A stretch of 64,000 nucleotides of DNA from Sediminibacterium sp. UBA657. Its GTDB lineage: Bacteria; Bacteroidota; Bacteroidia; Chitinophagales; Chitinophagaceae. The position numbers and the translations under genes are program-made. The stretch is taken from assembly GCA_002299885.1 (NCBI GenBank), contig DBOB01000022.1, forward strand, positions 1,896 through 65,895, given 5' to 3'. The notes beneath the pieces were generated by a model. The model saw only the letters and a program-made list of their open reading frames with translations, was not told the origin of the DNA and did no database searches. How positions within the stretch are numbered: position 1 is the first letter of the stretch; every line of letters starts with the position of its first letter. This document shows, piece by piece, positions 58,328-64,000 of the stretch.

Positions 58328-60157
58328 TTAGTGGGTCGATTCATCCGCACCAACAGGTGTTGTTTGTTGAATGAAATCTTTTCCGTCTTTACCGTAATCA
58401 TATGCCCAACGGTGTACTTCTGGTATTTCACCAACCCAGTTACCGTGACCAGGACGGATAGGTGTAGTCCACTCTAATGTATTTGCTTCCCAAGGATTTT
58501 CTGAAGTTACTTTACGTCCTTTGAAAATAGAATAGAAGAAATTCATCAAGAATAAGATTTGAACCGCAAATACAATCATAGAAACAATTGTGATAAACTT
58601 ATTCAATTCGCCAAATTGCTTGAAACTTTCCCAAATACTAAAATCAAAATAACGACGTGGCATACCAGCTAATCCTTCGTAGTGCATTGGCCAGAAGATC
58701 AAGTACGCACCAGCTATTGTTACCCAGAAGTGGATATAACCAAGTGTGTTGTTCATGAAACGACCATACATTTTAGGGAACCAGTGGTACATACCAGCAA
58801 ACATACCAAACATAGATGCAACACCCATTACAATATGGAAATGCGCAATTACGAAATATGTATCATGCAAGTGAATATCTAAAGCAGCGTTTCCTAACCA
58901 AATACCAGTTAAACCACCAGAGATAAATAAACTCACAAAACCAATTGCGAATAACATACCTGGAGTGAAACGAATATTACCTCTCCATAAAGTTGTCAAC
59001 CAGTTGAATACTTTGATAGCAGAAGGAACCGCGATTAATAAAGTTAATAGTACGAATACAGAACCCAAGAATGGATTTAATCCTGTAACGAACATATGGT
59101 GTGCCCAAACCAAGAAGGCCAATGCAGCAATAGCAAACAAAGAACCTAACATGGCCATGTAACCAAAGATTGGTTTACGAGAGCTTACAGACATAATCTC
59201 AGATACCATACCCATGGCAGGTAACAAGATGATGTAAACTTCTGGGTGACCTAAGAACCAGAATAAGTGTTGGTATAAAATTGCAGATCCACCTTCGTTC
59301 GGTAAAGCGCCTACACCATTCACAAAAATATCAGATAGATAGAATGAAGTACCAAAATTTCTATCAAAAATTAATAAGATCATACCAGACAACAATACAG
59401 GGAAAGACAATACACCTAATACAGCAGTAAAGAACAATGCCCAAATTGTTAAAGGTAAACGTGTCATGCTCATACCCTTGGTACGCATGTTCAAAATAGT
59501 AGCGATATAGTTCAAGCCGCCTAACAAAGAAGAGACAATGAATAAAGACATTGCGATAATCCATAAGTCCATACCGGTTTTAGAACCAGGAGAGGCATCT
59601 CCTAATGCAGACAATGGAGGATACGCAGTCCATCCACCGCTGAATGGCCCTGTCTCTACGAACATAGAAGACAACATCACAACACTTGCTACAAAGAAGA
59701 ACCAGTAGCTCAACATATTCATAAATGGAGACGCCATATCTCTTGCACCAATTTGCAATGGAATTAAGAAGTTAGCGAATGTACCAGATAAACCTGCTGT
59801 CAATACAAAGAATACGAGTACAGTTCCGTGTGTAGTTACTAAAGCATAATAAGCTTCAGGTGTGATTTGACCACCCTTTGCCCACTTACCTAAAAGTGAT
59901 TCTAAAAAAGGAAAGCTTGCATCAGGGTATCCTAATTGCAAACGGAAAAGTACGCTCATCAAACCTCCTAATACTGCCCAAACCATACCCGTGATCAAGA
60001 ATTGCTTCGCGATCATTTTGTGGTCCATGCTAAACACATACTTAGACAAAAATGTTTCATGGTGTTCGTGATGACCATGATCCCCGTGTTCATGTACATC
60101 GTGACTAGTTACACTCTTTACATGTACGTCTTCAATAATTGTTGCTTCGTTACTCAT
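58328..60157 (-). CDS. ctaD: Cytochrome c oxidase subunit I
   Basis: WFLGHPEVYILLLP, HHMF, HDTYFVIAHFHIVM heme/CuB ligand motifs. 609 aa. Confidence 0.98.
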   Translation of the reverse strand: MSNEATIIEDVHVKSVTSHDVHEHGDHGHHEHHETFLSKYVFSMDHKMIAKQFLITGMVWAVLGGLMSVLFRLQLGYPDASFPFLESLLGKWAKGGQITPEAYYALVTTHGTVLVFFVLTAGLSGTFANFLIPLQIGARDMASPFMNMLSYWFFFVASVVMLSSMFVETGPFSGGWTAYPPLSALGDASPGSKTGMDLWIIAMSLFIVSSLLGGLNYIATILNMRTKGMSMTRLPLTIWALFFTAVLGVLSFPVLLSGMILLIFDRNFGTSFYLSDIFVNGVGALPNEGGSAILYQHLFWFLGHPEVYIILLPAMGMVSEIMSVSSRKPIFGYMAMLGSLFAIAALAFLVWAHHMFVTGLNPFLGSVFVLLTLLIAVPSAIKVFNWLTTLWRGNIRFTPGMLFAIGFVSLFISGGLTGIWLGNAALDIHLHDTYFVIAHFHIVMGVASMFGMFAGMYHWFPKMYGRFMNNTLGYIHFWVTIAGAYLIFWPMHYEGLAGMPRRYFDFSIWESFKQFGELNKFITIVSMIVFAVQILFLMNFFYSIFKGRKVTSENPWEANTLEWTTPIRPGHGNWVGEIPEVHRWAYDYGKDGKDFIQQTTPVGADESTH

Positions 60158-60183
60158 ACCGTTTTATTTAAAATATTTTTAAA

Positions 60184-61245
60184 TTACATTTTTGCTACTG
60201 CAGTTTTTGCAGTGCTATCAGTTGTTTTTGCAGAAGATGCTGCTGGAACATTACTCGGATCTTTCTCTGGGAAAGCTACTAAGTATTGAGCCTTTTGCTT
60301 CGCCATCCATAAGTCATATTCTTCTTGTGTAACCACTTCTACAATTCCTTTCATAGAGTAGTGACCGTTACCACACATTTGATCACAAGAAATCTCGTAA
60401 GCAAAATTTGGGTTACCTGTTTTCTCTTTCATCTCTGCAGTCGTGAACTTAGGTGTAAACCACATCGTTGTTGGAATACCAGGAACGGCATCCATCTTTA
60501 AACGGAAATGAGATAAACCTACGTCATGAATTACGTCTCTAGAACCAATGATTAATTTAACAGGAGTACCTTTTACCACATACATGGTTTGTTCTGTTAA
60601 GATATCGTCTTGTGCTAATTTATCATCCCATACAATACCAACTGAATTCACAGCAGGGTCAATGTTCTTGTAATATTTTTTACCAAATACGGCGTCCTTT
60701 CCTGGGTAACGGAAGATCCAACCAAATTGCTTTCCAGTTACTTCTACCACCATCGCGTTCTTTGGTGCTTCACCAGTGAAGAAGAACCAGTTACGTAAAC
60801 CAAAAATAACCAATACTGTTAAAGTGATTGCAGGGATTGCAGTCCAGATTAATTCTAACTTAGTGCTGTGCGCAAAGAAGAATACTTTTCTGTTATCGTT
60901 TTCTTGGTATTTATAAGCAAACCAAAATAATAAAATCTGAGTAATCACAAATACGATACCTGTAACAATTAAAGTGATCCAAATCATTTGGTCTACTTTT
61001 TCTCCTTGGATACTTGCAGCTTCTTGCGCTAACAAAGTCTTATCAAAAAGATACTCATTACATACATATATACCTACAAAGCCTAACACCATAAACGCGA
61101 TCATTAAAAAACCATTGATCTTGTTACTTTGTTTGCGGGCAACTTCTTCTCCTTTAAGGACAGAAACGTACTCACTTGCTTTTGCGATTTGAAAAATCAC
61201 AATAAAGATGAGGGCGATAATTGCAATGGATAAATATAAACTCAT
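60184..61245 (-). CDS. ctaC: Cytochrome c oxidase subunit II (no fused cytochrome c domain)
   Basis: Two TM helices. CuA site VIHDVG ... CDQMCGNGHYSM. No CxxCH motif in the C-terminal tail. Confidence 0.9.
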   Translation of the reverse strand: MSLYLSIAIIALIFIVIFQIAKASEYVSVLKGEEVARKQSNKINGFLMIAFMVLGFVGIYVCNEYLFDKTLLAQEAASIQGEKVDQMIWITLIVTGIVFVITQILLFWFAYKYQENDNRKVFFFAHSTKLELIWTAIPAITLTVLVIFGLRNWFFFTGEAPKNAMVVEVTGKQFGWIFRYPGKDAVFGKKYYKNIDPAVNSVGIVWDDKLAQDDILTEQTMYVVKGTPVKLIIGSRDVIHDVGLSHFRLKMDAVPGIPTTMWFTPKFTTAEMKEKTGNPNFAYEISCDQMCGNGHYSMKGIVEVVTQEEYDLWMAKQKAQYLVAFPEKDPSNVPAASSAKTTDSTAKTAVAKM

Positions 61246-61296
61246 AATCTTATTTCTATTTTCTTACGCTAAATAATTTTTTTTCAAGTGTTAGGA

Positions 61297-62526
61297 CTAA
61301 GTATGGTGGATAATACTTTCTTTTAAGAATGGATGATATTTTGCAATCAATGGTTTGCTTGCCAATGCTTTTGCAACAAAGAAAATCATCACACCTACAA
61401 AGAAGGCAAGGATACCAAAATCCAACACGCCTAATTCAACATGCTCCTTCATCAAAGAACCCATTACCATTTGGTAAAAATCAATCCAATGCCCAAAGAT
61501 AATCACTACTGCCATTAACGCTACTAATGTGTAATTACGCTTAGCAGAACGCTTCATTAAGATTAACAAAGGCGCTAAAAAGTTAATGATTAAGTTTAGG
61601 AAGAAGATGGCTTTATAAGGACCTTGAACACGGTGCTTAAAATACACAGTTTCCTCTGGGATGTTTGCATACCAGATTAACATGTATTGAGAGAACCATA
61701 AATAAGTCCAGAAGATAGAGAACGCAAACATGAACTTCGCAATATCATGCAAGTGTTCGTTGTTTGTTAATTCTAAATAACCTTTATTCTTAAGGTATAC
61801 CACCCATAATGCAATCAATGCCATACCCGCAACAAAAGTACTTGCGAAAGTATACCAGCTATACATGGTAGAATACCAATGTGCGTCGATGCTCATCATC
61901 CACAACCAAGGGATTGTAGAAGCTACTGTCAAACCAAACCATACTAAGAAAAATCCTGAGCGCACCATGCTTTGAATGTTAAATGCTTTTGCAGTTGGTG
62001 CATCCATTGGCGCCACATCTGCTTGGTTATTTAACTGACGCATTCTATATCCAAATAAGCTCCATAAAGAAATTGTCAAAGTTGTCCAAATCACAAAGAA
62101 AGTTGGATTCAAGAAACCCACTTTACCTTTTAAGATAGGATCTTTTGCTACCGCCTCCGCATCTAACCAATGGTAGATATGGTGCTTATGACCAAAGATG
62201 ATATACAATAATACCATCAACGTGATACCACCAAAAACTGGTACCAATGTAGAGATGGCTTCTGGGACACGACGGAAGGATTGCATCCATGCCGCTTGTG
62301 CCATCGCACTAAAGCTTAAGAAAAACATAGCAGCGTTACAGATCAATGTCCAGAAGATTGTGTTGTACATTAATGTACCCCAAAAATGAACTTGCTCATG
62401 CTCGTCACTGCTAAATCCTTTGGTAAACATACCATACAATAACACAGCGCCTCCAATACCAATTAAGGAGTAGGACCATGTTTTTAGTCTACCAGGAATT
62501 TCGAATTGTTCTTTTATAGATGCCAT
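61297..62526 (-). CDS. actF: Alternative Complex III membrane subunit ActF-like (NrfD-like polytopic protein)
   Basis: 409 aa with about 10 TM segments. Position between ActE and CoxII matches Bacteroidota ACIII-oxidase clusters. Confidence 0.7.
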   Translation of the reverse strand: MASIKEQFEIPGRLKTWSYSLIGIGGAVLLYGMFTKGFSSDEHEQVHFWGTLMYNTIFWTLICNAAMFFLSFSAMAQAAWMQSFRRVPEAISTLVPVFGGITLMVLLYIIFGHKHHIYHWLDAEAVAKDPILKGKVGFLNPTFFVIWTTLTISLWSLFGYRMRQLNNQADVAPMDAPTAKAFNIQSMVRSGFFLVWFGLTVASTIPWLWMMSIDAHWYSTMYSWYTFASTFVAGMALIALWVVYLKNKGYLELTNNEHLHDIAKFMFAFSIFWTYLWFSQYMLIWYANIPEETVYFKHRVQGPYKAIFFLNLIINFLAPLLILMKRSAKRNYTLVALMAVVIIFGHWIDFYQMVMGSLMKEHVELGVLDFGILAFFVGVMIFFVAKALASKPLIAKYHPFLKESIIHHT

Positions 62527-62563
62527 CTTTTCTCTTTTATAAATCTTTTAAATAAGTGCTTTA

Positions 62564-63178
62564 TTATTTTGCGGCAGTTGCAGTTGTCTTTGCTGCAGCT
62601 TGTTTGTCTTTGATGTATTTAATAATCATCCAACGTTGGTGCTTGTTTAATTGAGATGCATAAGAACCCATTAAGTTCTTACCGTATGCAACAGAATAAA
62701 ACATTTGACCAGCAGGCATGCTCTCATACTTAATGTCTCCAACTAATGTTGCAGGCTTTGCAGCATAAGGGCCATTGCCATCTTTATATAAAGGACCATT
62801 ACCATCTAATTTAGCACCATGACAGATACCACAATTAATTAAGTATAAACGCTCTGCTTCTGCAGTTTCTTTAGCTGATATAGAATCGATTGGATTCGCC
62901 ACAGACTTAGAAGCAATATAGTTGGTAGAATCGCCTGGCTTATCCATTGCATAAGGGAAAGGCATTTCCTTACCACGCGCAATTGTTCCAGCTACTGGCT
63001 TTGCATCAAAGTGAATACCTTGGTCTTTTAAGTAAGCCAAATCGGTATAAGACTCGATGGCACGACTGTAGGCCATATCCGGCATATACACTTTGCCCGG
63101 AGTACGTTTTACATCGGAGCAGCTAACCAAAGCAACCACCGCTACTAAAAAGCTTATTATTAAATATTTCTTCATCAT
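62564..63178 (-). CDS. actE: Alternative Complex III monoheme cytochrome c lipoprotein (ActE-like)
   Basis: Lipobox LVSC, single CGICHG heme motif. ATG 63178 (MMKKYLIISFL) preferred; the track extension overlaps ActD. Confidence 0.75.
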   Translation of the reverse strand: MMKKYLIISFLVAVVALVSCSDVKRTPGKVYMPDMAYSRAIESYTDLAYLKDQGIHFDAKPVAGTIARGKEMPFPYAMDKPGDSTNYIASKSVANPIDSISAKETAEAERLYLINCGICHGAKLDGNGPLYKDGNGPYAAKPATLVGDIKYESMPAGQMFYSVAYGKNLMGSYASQLNKHQRWMIIKYIKDKQAAAKTTATAAK

Positions 63179-63215
63179 GTATATCTTAATCAGTTTATTA
63201 AATCTTTTATTTCGC

Positions 63216-63785
63216 TTATGCAGGTAGTGCTTCTTCCTTGTCATAAGTACCAAACCACCAATCTTCTTCTGCTACTTGAACATCTGTTTCCACAGCACCG
63301 TTTGCTTTTAATAAAGCCAATAAGTCATCGGTGTTTGTTTTATCAGTACACTCAATCGCCATTACAAATAAATCGTCAGTAGCTCTTTTATGGAAGTGAT
63401 GCTTCTTTACACCTGGTGCCAATTGACATAGGTAACAGAAAGTCAAAACCATACCTACTGCAGCAAATAATACGGTTAACTCAAAAATAATTGGGATCCA
63501 AGCTGGCAAAGCAAAATGTGGCTTACCACCAATATTCAAAGGCCAGTCTTTTGTGAAGATCCAGCTGATTGCGCTGATTGCTGTTGTCGTACCAGTGATA
63601 CCGTAAATAAAACCAGCAGTGTGCAAACTTGTTTCACGCATACCCAATGCATGGTCTAAACCGTGCACTGCAAATGGCGTATACACATCTTTGATCTTAT
63701 AACCAGCAGTACGCACTTGCTTTACTGCAGGAAATAAAACTGCTTCGTCATCAAAACAGCCAACTACGAATTTCTTTTGTGCCAT
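63216..63785 (-). CDS. actD: Alternative Complex III subunit ActD-like (DUF3341)
   Basis: 189 aa. Soluble N-domain, then two TM helices. Position between ActC and ActE. Confidence 0.75.
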   Translation of the reverse strand: MAQKKFVVGCFDDEAVLFPAVKQVRTAGYKIKDVYTPFAVHGLDHALGMRETSLHTAGFIYGITGTTTAISAISWIFTKDWPLNIGGKPHFALPAWIPIIFELTVLFAAVGMVLTFCYLCQLAPGVKKHHFHKRATDDLFVMAIECTDKTNTDDLLALLKANGAVETDVQVAEEDWWFGTYDKEEALPA

Positions 63786-63837
63786 AATTATTTTCTATTA
63801 ATATTCAGATCCAAATAATTTCTTTTTTATAAAGCGA

Positions 63838-64000
63838 TTAGTGCGCGTTGTCATGAACAAATTTATCCAGAGGTTGCGCCTCAATGCTTTCCATTCCTGG
63901 TTTGAATGATTCACCACTTCTCTTTAATACATACTTAATTTCCGCCACAGCAATTACTGGGAAGTATTTAGCAAATAAGAAGCAGCAAGAGAAGAACAAA
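63838..64000 (-). CDS. actC: C-terminal end of ACIII ActC-like NrfD-family membrane subunit (gene continues beyond window end)
   Basis: Own translation: ...LFSCCLLFAKYFPVIAVAEIKYVLKRSGESFKPGMESIEAQPLDKFVHDNAH*. Call is based mainly on position upstream of ActD. Confidence 0.5.
   Translation of the reverse strand, partial: LFFSCCFLFAKYFPVIAVAEIKYVLKRSGESFKPGMESIEAQPLDKFVHDNAH

Noticed and set aside
53959-64000. ACIII (ActC-F) + CoxII/I + ctaB + CoxIII/III/IV + SCO1 + DUF420 supercluster as something novel
   Set aside because: This arrangement is the well-described aerobic respiratory cluster of Bacteroidota. Only the CoxIV tail and the micro-ORF are reported as findings.

Overview
AT-rich, densely coding chromosomal segment. 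gldC, SusC/SusD pairs, TAnnTTTG promoters and an Alternative Complex III + aa3 oxidase cluster place it in Bacteroidota, probably a Chitinophagia/Sphingobacteriia-like lineage. I support about 63 protein-coding genes and found no rRNA, tRNA, CRISPR array, transposase or integrase. All calls rest on my reading of the translated ORFs (motifs, domain order, synteny); no database search was run.

Layout:
- 1-29.6 kb is core housekeeping: skp-bamA-uppS-nadK envelope cluster, gldC, lpxH, ftsH, rsfS, birA, selD, feoB, bcp, pdxH, ctaA, rnhB, tsaC.
- 29.6-39.7 kb is mixed metabolism: orphan korB, GT2, MarR plus acyl-CoA dehydrogenase, and a Tat-exported molybdenum hydroxylase cluster.
- 39.8-50.3 kb is nutrient acquisition: a GH32/SusC/SusD fructan-type PUL and a divergent Oar-like TonB-dependent receptor.
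- 50.4-53.9 kb holds an FAD oxidoreductase, a VapC/DUF6364 toxin-antitoxin pair and trmB-DUF5522-ATL.
- 54-64 kb is a respiratory supercluster: DUF420, SCO1, CoxIV/III/III, ctaB, CoxI, CoxII, ActF/E/D/C.

I do not see a convincing wholly new multi-gene system such as a defence island. The observations most worth follow-up are:
1. A statistically unlikely set of perfect -7 promoter boxes 3-5 nt from ATG codons, implying leaderless mRNAs. It also exposes several TTG start artefacts in the ORF track.
2. A periplasmic PaoA/PaoC-like Mo-hydroxylase that lacks its FAD subunit and is tightly coupled to a DctA-type importer and a flavin-reductase-like gene.
3. A stand-alone N-terminal half of CarB ending exactly at the domain boundary.
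4. A tightly coupled trmB / Cys4 mini-protein / alkyltransferase-like (Cys to Ala) operon.
5. Small features in the oxidase assembly region: a His-rich CoxIV tail and an unannotated 37-aa membrane ORF.
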